DNA of 64,000 nucleotides from Octopus sinensis (GCF_006345805.1 NC_043003.1:33852001-33916000); one strand, 5' to 3'. Numbered from the stretch's first letter, positions 36,725 to 49,960 are shown. Made by a program: numbers and translations. The notes: a model not told the origin generated them from the sequence alone.

Positions 36725-37257
36725 TATATATATATATATATACGCACACATACACACAAAGATACACTCACACATATACGTAAGTGGCATGTCCGTTGTA
36801 TGGAGTGAGTCGGATCATTTGAAAATTAGGCAGCCTTGAATGCACAGAATAAGAAGCTATGGACCGAAACCAAATCGTGACAACGTGCAATTGGTCAAAT
36901 TACTCAACTTATAAACCTAAATTTTTAATACAATTAAGCTGAAAGTTCTGGACAAATAGAACGACCGACTCTCAGCCAGGGAGCAACGCTTCATTTGACT
37001 ACTTCACATAATTTATACGCAACACAGACTCACACACGTATTCATACAAACATATACTCACAGATATGCACACACACACAAATATGCAAACACAGAATTC
37101 ACCTGTACTTCATGTATAAGGTATGAAACCTGGTTTTCATTGATGGAGACATGGAAATTCTCAGCAGAATAAAACTGCAATGGGCTTCTCTTTTACGTTC
37201 TTCTTTTTTAAAATCTCTACACCCCGCCCTTATAGATGTTGCTATTGCTGATGTTAT

Positions 37258-37440
37258 TCAGTTCTATATTTAAGAGATGGGGAATTATGTACATTATTTA
37301 CATTATTTACAATTGACGGATATTTGTCCTCATCATGTTTGTTGTGAACACAACGTTTCGGCTGATATACCGTCCTGCCTTCATCAGGTGTCTTGGGCAA
37401 ATTTCGAACCTGGGTTCTCATTCCTAAGGTATATTTCGAT
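37258..37440 (-). mobile_element. Penelope-like pLTR fragment
   Basis: Carries the minimal hammerhead below and abuts an (AAC/AAT)n array. This arrangement is typical of Penelope-like elements. Confidence 0.65.
37347..37392 (-). ncRNA. Minimal type I hammerhead ribozyme motif (Penelope type)
   Basis: GACAC-CUGAUGA-A-GGCAG-GACGGUAUAU-CAGCC-GAAACGU-U-GUGUU. Canonical core, 5-bp stem I, stem II 4 of 5 pairs, palindromic ACGU in place of stem III, GUU cleavage triplet. Confidence 0.7.
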
Positions 37441-37453
37441 GTTGTTGTTGTTG

Positions 37454-37503
<50 letters not shown>

Positions 37504-37620
37504 GTTGTTGTTGTTGTTGTTGTTGTTGCTATTATTATTATTATATATTATTGTTGTTGTTGTTGTGTTGTTGTTGTTGTTGCTATTATTATTATTATTA
37601 TTATTATTATTATGATTATT
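37441..37620. repeat. (TTG)n/(TTA)n microsatellite mosaic
   Basis: Direct observation. Confidence 0.95.
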
Positions 37621-37621
37621 A

Positions 37622-38250
37622 TTTTATGTTTGACTTTTGCTTTACATTTGTACAAGTTGGCTCCAAGTCTCACCCAGAGACCTCAAGAGACAACAAGTTG
37701 GAAGTTCATGTTGGTGTTATTCCTAGGTGCCATATATTTGGTTTTGTACATAGTGTTGTTTTGGAGAAATGTTTAAAAAACCATAAGAAAATTATGTTCG
37801 TTCCAAAACTTGAGATTACATAGAAAGTATTTTGTGTAGGATATGAGCAGTTCTCATGAGTACTATCTTTTGAATTTCTGCCATTTTGGGGTTTCCTGGT
37901 ATCTGAGCTAGGTAGCAATCATCCCTTTTTGCTATCATTCACAGGGCACCAATGACAACAGGTATTGTTTTAGTCTTCAGGATCCACATTTTGCTAATTT
38001 CTATTTCAAGGTCTTTATATTTGCTCAGTTTTTGGTAGGTCTAGACAGATACGTTTATATCGATTGGGACAGTCATATCAATGAGGAGGCATGTTTTTTG
38101 TCTGAAGTCTTTCAATATGATGTCTGGCCTATTCGCATCTACCTTTGTCAGTTTGAATGGTGAAGTTCCAGATGAGTGAGATGATCATTTTGAAGCACTG
38201 GAGGCGGTTTGTGTTCCCACCAGTTTTTATCATAGGGCAAGTCCAGGCGT
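37622..38250 (-). mobile_element. Dong/R4-like LINE RLE domain and 3' UTR
   Basis: NWWEHKPPPVL, LIWNFTIQTDK, NRPDIILKD...LLIDMTVPID...KLSKYKDLEIEI.KMW, IPVVIGAL, EIQKIVLMRTAHILHKILSM*. This is a PD-(D/E)xK-type RLE, and the 3' end runs into (AAT/AAC)n. Confidence 0.95.
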
Positions 38251-39249
38251 GAAGGTGCCTCTGTGTGTGTGTGCGGCGGGGAGAGTGTGAGCGTCTGTGT
38301 ATGTGTGCGTGTGCATATTTGCGTATGTGTTTATTGTTAAAGCAAGGCATCCAACAAAATTCTCAGTCACTCAGTCTTTCTAGAGTATTTTCTTTATTCT
38401 AAGTGACTTAACCTCTGACCTCTTTCATTTATATTGAAATAATACCTGAATGCGTTTATTCCGTATTCGGAACTCCATTTTAAAGTTGGCAAAATTTCGT
38501 TGAGCAATGGTTACGTTCTTTCAAGTTAAAGAATATTTCGCACTTATTATATAGCTGATTGCATGCGCATTTGTGTAGGTTTCTGTCTTAGAGTAAATAT
38601 AAACGGCTTCATTTTGAAAGGTGACAAGGCTGTACAGGAGTTAAATCTATTTCATTAATGAATTTTCATGTTTTTATTTTAAAGCTATATGTTCCGACTA
38701 CAACTATAGCGTTCTTAGTTCCATCAATAATGCAAGACTGTCTGTGTCTTATCATCCAATGAAAACACAGTAGTTTATTGTTGGAGCGTATTGCAGTACA
38801 GCACTAAGGATCTCTATCTCCTCTCTCTTTCTCTCTCTCACTCTTACTCTCCCCTCTTCCTCCCTCTCTCACCTTTCTCTGACCCCTTTTCTATTTTTTC
38901 TTCATTTTTTTCATTTATGACAATTTTATTTCATCCTACAACAAATCTCACAAATAGCAAGCTAATAGCAATATCATTTCATTCCAATGATAGGACCTGA
39001 AAAGTCTTGAAAAATTTAACGAGATTTCGGAACGTTATAGATATACGTAAAAAGAAAGTCTTTATTAAAATAGGTTTAACTTGACACCAGTTGCGTATTT
39101 AAAACAATGCGTGCACACCCACCCACACACATTTAGCAATATATGCATGAACATATATTTCGTGTTCTCATAACACCTTTATTCATCATTTAACTCGCTC
39201 CATCGAAATATCTCAATAAAAAGCTATACTCAAGCGATACTCACCGAAC

Positions 39250-39282
39250 AAAAATATATATACTCACACACACACACATACA

Positions 39283-39316
<34 letters not shown>

Positions 39317-39484
39317 TATATATATATATATATATATATGATATATATATAATATATATAATATATATATATATAATATATGGTGTGTGTATGTGTGTGT
39401 GTGTGTGTACATATATATACATATATCTATATATACATATATAGATACATATATATATAGAGAGAGATAGATACATAGATATCA

Positions 39485-39543
<59 letters not shown>

Positions 39544-39626
39544 TAGACACATGCATCACGCACGCACGCGCAAATACTCACGTACAGACACTCACAAATA
39601 CACACACACATATGTATGTATGTATG
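39250..39626. repeat. Compound CA/CT/TA/TG microsatellite
   Basis: Direct observation. Confidence 0.95.
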
Positions 39627-40224
39627 ACGATGCTCTCATGCTATCATGGCTGTGTGCTGAAGAGTTTTGCTGAGCTAAAATGCGCTTGCAGTTTGGCATC
39701 GATCTTACACCGCGAGTGCCCGAGCGAGCGTGTTATATCATAATCCGGGTCGGCCGGTGCATTGTTTGCTGTCGGTGAATGAGTGTTCATGTGTATGCGT
39801 GTGTATATACGTGCACGTATCTAAGCTCGCGTGCCTGCGTGCATGCAGTGCGTGTTCTGTGAGTCTGTGTTTATGAATAGATTTCAGAATTTCAGCATCA
39901 CTGCGTTGATCAAGAATAACATATAGTACTTAGCATTGTACAAGTAATATTTCTTTACGACAAGTTTGACTTTGATATTCTCACGTGCGAGATCCTTAAA
40001 TGAAATACCTAACAAAAGCACTAAGATCGATAAGCTCAGCTAAGATAACCCTAATATAAGGTGACCCTGCATTGCCATAATTCAGCAATAGAAATCAGTT
40101 AAAGATTACAAGCGTATGTAAGATATATGTGCGTGTCATGTACGTGTTTACACACGCGCTCGCACACACACACACACAAACACACACAAACACACAAACA
40201 CACACACACTCATGAATATTTGTA

Positions 40225-40301
<77 letters not shown>

Positions 40302-41094
40302 TGACATCGTATTTGCTACTTGCTACATCGACATCGGTTAGTCTTAATGATAAAAATCATTTTGATGGAGTTTGAACTAAAAATCCATAAAATGCAAAAT
40401 GAAAGAGCATGCGACAAATTCTCGAATACTGTTTTTACAGTTATGTCTAAAAGCGTGTTATTGTCACAATGCCAAAATTTCATTGGTGTAGTAGGTAAGT
40501 TAGTAGAATAAACTGACTCGAATATTTTGCTGGTACATCTAATCAACTATATAGTGCAAAAATTGGTTTCAACAATATTTGAACTCAGGGCGTTGGGAGC
40601 TGTTAATAGAGTAAGACATTTGTCCGAGTCTCGAACGAACGCTATGAAAGTCTTTCGTCATAGATCACCTCCTGGTCAGCGATATTCTTCTTAAATCTGT
40701 TAAAGTCAATAGTTGATCAGTGATTATTTGACATCTGCATTATAGGCGGTGTTTTATGTTTACTGTTTTAGTCGTTTTGCTCTCATCTTTTTCTCTCATT
40801 GGTCTTGTTTTCTAGCATTCTATTATAATTTCTTTGTTTCTTTTATTTTATACCTCCTTTTTTCATTTTCTTTTGTTGAGACCTTATTCTGTAACTTATT
40901 ATGATGTAGGATGTACAATTCGATTGCCTTATTCATTTTCTTTGTCAATCCGATATTTGCTTTCTTCATCATTGCTTTCGTTTTTTTTTTTTTGTGCATG
41001 TTTTAACTCCCTATCCTCTCTCATACTTTCTCTCCTTCTCACTCTCTTTCTCTTTCGCATTCTTTCTCTCTCGCTTTTTCTCTCTGTTTCTCAT

Positions 41095-41095
41095 A

Positions 41096-41178
<83 letters not shown>

Positions 41179-41181
41179 TCT
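41095..41181. repeat. (CT)n microsatellite
   Basis: Direct observation. Confidence 0.95.
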
Positions 41182-42074
41182 TGAAGGATGAAACAGGCTT
41201 TGGTTTTTAAGTTCATTTACACTGAGCAACCAGATTTATATTCTAGTGTTACTGACAAGCAAATTTAGATTAAAGTCAAATTTGGGAATCATTTATTACC
41301 TAAATAATTTTATTTTCTTCCGTTAAACCTTCTACACACTTGTGCATATACGTAGTAATTCTTTCATGTTTACATCGGAAAGTACGCGAAAGGTGACGCT
41401 TCGCTGATGAATACCCATTCCTTTTCTTCCAAATGGTAAACGAGATTCTATAAATGGCGACATGGACAGTGATGAAAGCATAGTTGCTGGAGATACTGGA
41501 CACACTAAAGGTTATTCCCTTAAAGGTTTGTTACTCAAGAACGTTTGACTAATCTTGTTACAGACTTATCGATGCCTAAAGAGAAAACAGAGCTTCTCGC
41601 TTCAAGAGGTAACTTGCTTAACTAAATGTGCATGGGAGTTACTATTGAAAATATAACATTAATTTGTAAAATATGATTTACAGCAGATGGTCAGCTCTGC
41701 TGTTGTATTAACATCAAGGAACTCTTCACAAAGTTTTTTTTCCGACTGACGTAACATCTGAGTCTTGCTGTTTCATTACATCCTCTTACAAAAGCTGGAA
41801 AGCAATAATTCTGCATAACGGTAAATTAAAATCATGTGTCCCATTCACTACTTTGACCGCCTAGATGTGAAATACATCATTATAAATTTCCATACTATTC
41901 TGATACAGATTTCATCAATGCAATATCTTTGGATCGGACAAATTTTTGGAGTACGGTAATAGATACGCGAAGAATATTTACAAAGTACGTGCCTTTACGA
42001 TACTTGTCGTATCACAGATGCTGACATTGAACGTGATTGGTCACTAAGATTAAAACAATCCGCAGGAAATAGAA

Positions 42075-42570
42075 GCGTCTTTTTATTTGATCCCAGTAAG
42101 ATATTTCTCCAAATTTATACCAAATTTAATGACGAAAACATTTGTTAAAGAAATAGGTAAATGCAAGAGAGTTTTAGTTCTTTTTCGAAGCACTCCGAAA
42201 TGGAGTGCAGTAATGTTAACGAAGGCAATTTGTCGGTGCAGGAAATCGATGAGATTTTGCACGATACAAATTTCAGCAAACCTTCAGCACATTACAATTA
42301 AAAGTTTGGTAGGCTTCTACACGATTATGCGAAATTTCTAGAAAATAATAAGTTGAGTTGTGAACCCCTATGATGCCATCAGAGAAATGGAATATCGAAA
42401 CAGCTAAAAATGTACTTCATGCGTTATCATCTAGATTTGTGGCAGAAAATTTAGGTGCAGTAAGTATTAAGTAAGGAAATTATTTTCATGAAAATATCCA
42501 TGCGATAAAGAAATGATAAGACGGAGGATTTGGAATGAAGATTTAAGGGTTGATCTAACTGCATGGGATA
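42075..42570 (+). mobile_element. Degraded transposase C-terminus, probably CMC/Chapaev3-like
   Basis: Blocks in the expected order across frameshifts: DPSKIFL (42089), FVKEIGK, NEG..., RNFL, HLD..ENLGAVS (42445-42465). Family name recalled from the motif HLDFFPENLGAVSDE. Confidence 0.6.
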
Positions 42571-42895
42571 TCATGGTAACACAAAATAAACTTATATCAC
42601 TGCACATTTAACACCTTGTACAAAATATATTCTTCAAGTACATTTACAAATAATTGAATGTCTGATATACAAATGAAACTGAGACTGATTTTGTATTAAT
42701 TACTCTAGTGTAAACAGTGATTTTTGATTCAGGCAATAAAGAATTTTTTCAGAAGATGCTATTAATATAAGTGAAAAGAAAAATTAAGAAAGTAAGGATG
42801 TCTTATTTCGAAAATTAAATGCGGTAGGGAAAAAGATAGATTCAGAATTAGGCACTACAACAAATCCAGAAAAAGGCTAAAACATATCAACTGTT

Positions 42896-43055
42896 TACGA
42901 GGGGTATTCATTAACGATTTCTCCTGATCCACTTCCCAAAGACCGGGATAAACGAAACTTAGCATAATTATTAGACCTTCTCTACATAGCCACCACGAAT
43001 GGTAACACACTTCTCCCATCGCTTACAGACCCAATCCATCACTGGAAGTGTACAA
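42896..43055 (-). mobile_element. Mariner 3' end with TIR
   Basis: Minus strand KRWEKCVTIRGGYVEKV*, then an end reading TA|CGAGGGGTATTCA on the plus strand, like the TIR type at 16030. Confidence 0.8.
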
Positions 43056-43159
43056 ATCTGTAAAACTATCCAGAGGTTTATCATTTAAATATATATAAGC
43101 ATGTCTAGATATGCAACATATACATACGTAAAACATACAAATCTGTACATAATACATAT

Positions 43160-43531
43160 ATTCATACATTATACATACATGCATACATACATACATACAT
43201 ACATACATACATACATACATACATACATACATACACACATACATACAAAAATACCCTGTTGTTGATCCTGAAATCCCAATCAAGGATCTAGGTTAGAACC
43301 CGGGTCTTTCGCTATAGGCAAGAAATCTTGAAATAAACTTAATAATGACATACATATATGCATGCACACATATGTAAGCATGTATGCCTGCATCTACGTT
43401 CCTTCCTCAGGGGAATAATTTAAGTAATTTAAAGCAGCATATACATACATATACACACACACACACTTATATATATACATATTCATATACATATATATAT
43501 ATTATATATATATATATATATATCTATATAT

Positions 43532-43571
<40 letters not shown>

Positions 43572-43850
43572 CATATGTATGTATATAAATGCATATATAA
43601 ACATATACATACATGCGTAGAATGCATACATTCATACACACTTTCACGCATAAATACATGCATACATTCATACAAACTTTCATGCATAAATGCATGCATA
43701 CATGCATACATACATACATAGATACATACATGCATACACACGTACATATATGCATACATACATACAAACATACATACATACATACATACATACATACATA
43801 CATACATACATACATACATACATACATACATACATACATACATACATACG
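43160..43850. repeat. (TACA)n/(TA)n microsatellite blocks
   Basis: Direct observation. A short non-microsatellite stretch at about 43250-43430 interrupts them. Confidence 0.9.
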
Positions 43851-44344
43851 AAGTATGAGGATATCTCATAGAGGTGAGTATGCAGACAATTTCATGGGAT
43901 CATGATAGTAAGGTTATGTTGTTGCAATAATAACAGTTCATTACTCACACACAAGCAAATGAAGACATACATATACTTGAATTATCGCCTGCGCATGTGA
44001 ATACGTGCGTTCGTGTGTGCGCGTGTTTGGGAATCTATTGATATACGAATGTTTACAAGGAAACTAGAACAAGTAAGGTTCTGCCTTTTGATCAGTCATC
44101 CTACCCGTTCTCTCTCTTTTTTCTCTTTTTTTTTCTCTCTCTCTATTCTCATGTTCTTCATTTGTCCCCTATCCCCATCTGTTACACTCTGAACAAAAGT
44201 CTGGAACTTAAATTGGTTTTGACATTTGAAATAATATATTTTGATTTGCGTTTACATGATACTATTTCATTCATTCTTTCTTTCTTTCTTTTTTTCAATC
44301 ACTGCGTAAGGAAAAAAAAAATTTTTTTGATATCAGCAGCATCA

Positions 44345-44392
44345 GTGGTGATGACAATGATGGTGCTAATAATAATAATGATGATGATGATG

Positions 44393-44435
<43 letters not shown>

Positions 44436-44436
44436 C

Positions 44437-44468
<32 letters not shown>

Positions 44469-44545
44469 TGATGATAATAGTAATAATAAGAACAACAACA
44501 ACAACAACAACAATAATAATAATGATGATGATGATGATGATGATG

Positions 44546-44576
<31 letters not shown>

Positions 44577-44637
44577 CAACAACAAAAACAACAACAATAA
44601 TAATAATAATAATAATAATGATGATGATAATAATAAT

Positions 44638-44670
<33 letters not shown>

Positions 44671-44739
44671 AATAATAATAATGATGATGATGATGATAGT
44701 AATAATAATAATAATAATAACAACAACAAAAACAACAAC

Positions 44740-44777
<38 letters not shown>

Positions 44778-44850
44778 TGATGATAATAATAATAAAATAA
44801 CAACAACAACAACAATAATAATAACAACAACAACAGCAACAACAATAATA

Positions 44851-44882
<32 letters not shown>

Positions 44883-44885
44883 AGT
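44345..44885. repeat. (ATA/ATG/ACA)n triplet mosaic with higher-order duplication
   Basis: One triplet phase for about 450 bp. The block ATG(n)-ATAGTA-ATA(n)-ACA3-AAA-ACA3-ATA(n)-ATG3 occurs twice. Confidence 0.9.
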
Positions 44886-45169
44886 TGTAATTTCAAGAAG
44901 AATAGAATAATAAAACCAGTTGGAGCAACAAACTGCTCCATCAATGACATGTGACACCGACAAACATCGATAATAAAATTTAAAAATTTTGAAATAGCAC
45001 TAACAACGATAACAACAACAGCAGTAGGAAGCATAACATATATCACGGTATTGACAACAACACAACAATTTTCAAATGAAATAAAAAAAAACACAGGAAC
45101 GTTAACTACCAATGCAACTATCATGACAGACATTCTCGAATACTACTACTACTACTACTACTACTATAC

Positions 45170-45245
<76 letters not shown>

Positions 45246-45284
45246 GTAATAATAATAATAGTAACAATAATAATAGTCGCAGCA

Positions 45285-45690
45285 GATGAATCTTGGTTAC
45301 AGCAGAATAATGAGGATATAAGAAGGAAATCGAGGGATTTATAACGACTGTCGTCAAGGCAAAAATGTCGTCAAGGCAAAAATGTCGTCAAGGCAAAAAC
45401 AGATGAAATTTCGAAAAGTGCAAAGTGCAGAGTATGTATTGAGAAAGACAAATTCTTCTATGGACAAAATATGTTCCTGCAGTCCATTGCTGCAGAAGGA
45501 GTATGGGTAAAAAGTAAAGTTATCTTCTCGAGTCATATCGATTCATAAGGGCTGATTTCCCAGTTTCATGGTTCATATATTTCCTGTCTGGACGGGAGGC
45601 CGGTCTGTCGCAGGATTCCGGCAAGAGGATTTGAAGTAAGAAAATGGTACCGACATCAACCAGAGAGTGTAATAGAGAAAGATTTGTTAA
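45285..45690 (+). mobile_element. Dong/R4-like LINE internal fragments, highly degraded
   Basis: Directly after (AAT)n: SWL, KKEIEGFIT, AKCRVC, and at about 45624-45681 GFEVRKWYRHQPESVIEK, which matches KKWYEHNPEGIIEK in the 30640 copy. Confidence 0.6.
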
Positions 45691-45744
45691 CTTCGAGTAT
45701 GCAGCCAGATATCATCATTTTAGCTGACCCGATCAACGAAATAT

Positions 45745-45875
45745 CCTTCTCGTGAAAGTAACGTGCAAATGGTTGGGCACCTCACTGACATAGTACCTTT
45801 AACGTAATTCTCTCAAAAAGATTCAGTGTTACACAATGTGGCATGACTGGCCCTTTGGAATACAGGTACTACTCA
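45745..45875 (-). mobile_element. Isolated SINE-B tail module
   Basis: Reverse complement aligns with about 61915-62020 (CCTGTATT.CAAAG.GCCAG...GAGAA.TACGTTAA.GGTAC...GCACGTTA). Confidence 0.6.
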
Positions 45876-46092
45876 TCTTTGACAACTGGTAGCGGTCAAA
45901 GAACAAGAAAAAAGGTGGGAAAAAAACAGGATTTGATTAGGGAAATGCTAAGACAGTAGAGGGTTTCTACAAAAGTATTGGGAAAACAAAGTATTGTATG
46001 ATAGATCCAAGATATCTAAGGAAACAGGTTATGATCCAGTATCAAGAGCATTGATGTCAATTGTAACACAAGTTTGCATTCCGCGAGTTATA

Positions 46093-46305
46093 ATGGTTTC
46101 AAATTTTGGTACAAGACAGGTGGGTTTTTAAGGGGATGACGAAGTTGAATGCGTCGAGGCAAATACTTAACTGATACTTATTTAATTGACCCGAAAGAAT
46201 GAAAAGTTACTTCGACCTCTGCGGAATTTCAGTTTAGAACATAAAGAACCGGAAGAAATAGGGCTAAACATTTTTCCTCGATGCAGTAACGATTCTACAA
46301 GTTAA
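46093..46305 (-). mobile_element. SINE family A, strongly diverged
   Basis: GACCCGAAAGAATGAAA..CGACCTC.GCGGAATTT..TAACGATTCT in family order. Confidence 0.65.
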
Positions 46306-48084
46306 TCATCATCGCCATCCTCCTTCTCATCATCATCATCATCACCAGCAATATCCTCATCATCATCATCGCTAAAGTAAATAACTGAAACACTGGCATT
46401 AACCAGTCACCACTACTATTGCTATAAGAGCCATGCTAAGCACATGTAGCATCTTCGAAGTCCTTCGATCAGCTAAACAGGCCATCCACATATATCTCTA
46501 ATCACACCATATCGTCTTATCTAAAGGGCACAATGGATATTGTAATCTTTGGTGTGCTGTTGGAAGGTCATTGTGGGAACACCTTTTGATAATAAAGCAA
46601 TGATGGATCATTTAATGCTCAACAGCAAAATCTAAATATGAATTGCTTCATTTGCCACAAGGACAATGAACGAGAAACCAAAATTTGGGGGAAAAAATAT
46701 GAAAAACAAACCATCATAGGAGAGTAAGATCTACGTTGTGTATAAATCAAGGAAGGCTACAGAGCTAGAATCTATTAAAGGTACACCCCGCTGCTGCATT
46801 CTCCGGTTTAGAGAGGCACGCTCAAATGGGTTTATTTTTATTTGATTAAGACATTCTCATCACTCTCTTTAAAGTCAGCGTAAATCCTCTGGAAGCAGAG
46901 CATCCCACCTCTTCCTTATATTTGAGCGCACATTCCAATCTCGTTACACAAGTCAAGCGATAACAGATTTTGTAGGTGATATAGGCAAATTCCGTCGCAT
47001 TTCGACCTTTCTATGACTGATTTCGCCTAACCTATTTCTGAGAGAAATTTCCAATTTCGAATAATAGGATGAGTTTATCAATAAATATATATTCATATAC
47101 ATAAATAACCAGAAAAAGTAATTAGATGTTAAAAGGCATGCACCAAATTTTAAATTTCATTTCTCTTTTATATAAATATATTTATGGAGAGCATCAAAAT
47201 AATAGATTCCTATCTGGCACAGGAAATGAAAAAAAACCGCGCCATGCTCTTCACACTGATGAACAATAAGAGCAACACGGAGTTCATCAGTTTCTTGAAA
47301 GTTTGTAGAGTAGTGAAATATTAGGATGTGTTATCCCTGGTTAAGAGCGTGAATCGTTCCCAGAAGCTCAGACATCGATAAACTACTGAGTTCATCCAAC
47401 AAGACAATAGCATCCTCACCAGCAAATCATCGCCTCTGACTCGATAGCGTCATCATGTGAATCATGTTACCTCTGTGCTCTGCTGATTTGAATTCTTTGG
47501 AGAGCTGCCTGTACAGTAGTGGAGGGGAGCACTGCACTGGCAGTTATAGTAATGGTTTTGTTTTTACTGGCGATTCCTCAGCTGTTTGGCAGTGCAAAAC
47601 TTTGCTGCAGGTGGTATTTATAATGTCGTTGTAAAGACATTCCAAACATAACCATATGAAATTTATTTCAAAGTGTGTATTTTCCCCCTTTTTTTAATAT
47701 ATGTTAGAATTTGTGTGAGATCTAACTGCTTTTATAGCAAGTGGGGCGACTATGCACATACTATTTTATAGGGTAGTTGTTTCTGGGGTTAGCAATGATT
47801 GGTTGGTCGGTTTATTCTGCCTTCTGCTACATTAATTATTAATCAGGGCTCAAATGCTGAGCCGTGATATCACCGTACGTAATATCTACACCATGTTTAA
47901 ATAACGTACACTTTTTTTCAATTTTCAGAGAGAATTCAAACTCTAAAATCTTGTTTCTCATTTAAAATTGTAATCTTATTTATATATATATTTTTTTTTG
48001 TTAATTTAAAAGAATAAAATTCTAAATTATTATTATTTTTTTTTTTTTTGCATTAACAATTTGCTTGGGTCGTCTAAGGTAAGT

Positions 48085-48760
48085 TTCTGTACAGTGTCCC
48101 AGTCAGTTCCCATCTACGCAAGACCACGATCCTGAATCATCGCGACTATGTGGCATATGGCTGACAAATACAAGCGGATCCTCAGAAAGAGAGAATAGAT
48201 GATACACGGGACCTAAATCATAAAATCAAGTAACATTACCAAACAGTCTGATGGAACGCTCCAGAGTCATACATTTAACATGACGTATCCCAGTTTAGTC
48301 GTTGGTTGAATACGAATTCTTACTAATGGTAGCCCATTCTCCTGCGAATCTTTCTCGTACCATAAAATTTCTGGAAGGTCTTCACGGCCTCGAACAGTGT
48401 CCGAGACTCGCAACTATAGCGCAAGACAGAACATAAAAGACCAGAGTCCCGAAAATTCGAAAATTTATCCTCTTGCTTAGATATCGGCTGCATGAAATAC
48501 TCTTACCCAGTGCGTACATTATCTGCACCAGCACATCCAAGTCTTTTTAAGATTTCAGATTCGCAGTTAATGATGCTAATGATCATACTGTCCAAATAAC
48601 TGAATTAGTCAATAACTTTGATATTCTCACCTGCAACGGAGATGGAGTCTCAGGACGTTAACAAAAAACTGAATCTTTGCTTTGGCGCAAGAAACTCTAA
48701 GACCAAGCGGTTCCGTTTTCTTATTGAGTGTGAAAAGAACACACTTTAAGAAATCCAGAG
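48085..48760 (-). mobile_element. RTE LINE RT C-terminal remnant, degraded
   Basis: KTEPLGLRVSCAKAKIQ, FSYLDS, EILKRLG, SRYLSKR..FRIF, YSCESRTL, RRMGYH..EFVFNQRL, RLFGNV. Confidence 0.8.
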
Positions 48761-49684
48761 ATCTAGCAAGGGTAACCGCAAAGAGAACAATAAGAAAAAG
48801 GGTAAGAAAAGAAATAACTTAGCGTAAGTAAGGAATACAGCTATCGGTCAGTGGCAAACCAAACAATAATGAAACAACGCCACATTTAATACCAAATAAA
48901 TCAACAACAATGAAAATAAAAAGAATAATGAAATTTAAAAAAAAAACAGTAGAAATATAGGCATAAAAATCTAAACCGCGAATCACGAACTTTGACAAGA
49001 AAAACAAATGAAAAGAAGAACCACATCAATACTAATAAGAACGACCAGAGGCAATAACTACAACACAATCATTTACTGCAATAGAACATGGAGAATGAAC
49101 ACTAGCAACATCAGCAATAGGGGCAATGACACCGACAGCATCAACAACAGCAGCAGCAGCAGCGCCAACGGTAGCACAATTCCACAATTACAATGCTACA
49201 AACAGCGAACAATAGCAAGAACGATAACAACAACTACAAAACAACTGCATTAGAATGCCTTCAATGACAGCAACCAACAACCACAACGTTACTAACAAGA
49301 ACAATATACGAACAAAACAATAAAAAAAAAAGAAGACAACAACAGTAAGAACCACAACGGCTATGTCAGCGGACGTTGGTGGTGTCGACGTCGATGGCAA
49401 AACAAGCTGTCAAAAGAACTGAAGAATTATATATGAAAAATAACAAAAAGACAGAACAAACAAAAAAACTGCAACAAAATGACAAAAGAATCAAACAAAC
49501 AAAAGGGAAAAGAAAAATCTCAGACAAATAGTAACATGAATGAGGCTGTCAGTCAACAAGCCAGCCATTGACATTCTCAGCAAGCAGTCGGATGCACTCA
49601 AGCGTGCATAACAAATGTACCATAGATGCTAGTGCTCCGCAGCATATACCGTGAGAGAGTACTTACGTCCATACATATCCACGT

Positions 49685-49869
49685 ATGTATGTGTGTATGT
49701 ATTATGTATGTATGTATGTATGTATGTATGTATATATGTATGCATGCATGTACATACATCATGATACATATGCATGCATTTATGTGTATGCTTCCGACTG
49801 TATATTTCACGTGTGGCTCTTTCTAAGCACGTTTACGGACATTTTCTCTGCATCTCTCGCGAACTGCTT

Positions 49870-49918
<49 letters not shown>

Positions 49919-49960
49919 ATATATATATATATATGTGTGTGTGTGTGTATGTATGTATTA

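Noticed and set aside
40316-41503. Short ORFs at 40316-40546 and 41300-41503, including a GTAAGT donor at about 40494
   Set aside because: No recognisable domain or matching acceptor. Such lengths are expected by chance.
44162-45133. ORFs of 212-255 aa, the longest in the track
   Set aside because: Poly-I/M/T, poly-L/S and poly-Y/C/H readings of the triplet mosaic.
47330-47520. Minus-strand micro-exon candidate and peptide FAGEDAIVLLDELSSLS
   Set aside because: Splice signals are plausible but unsupported, and the peptide is unrecognised and bounded by stops.
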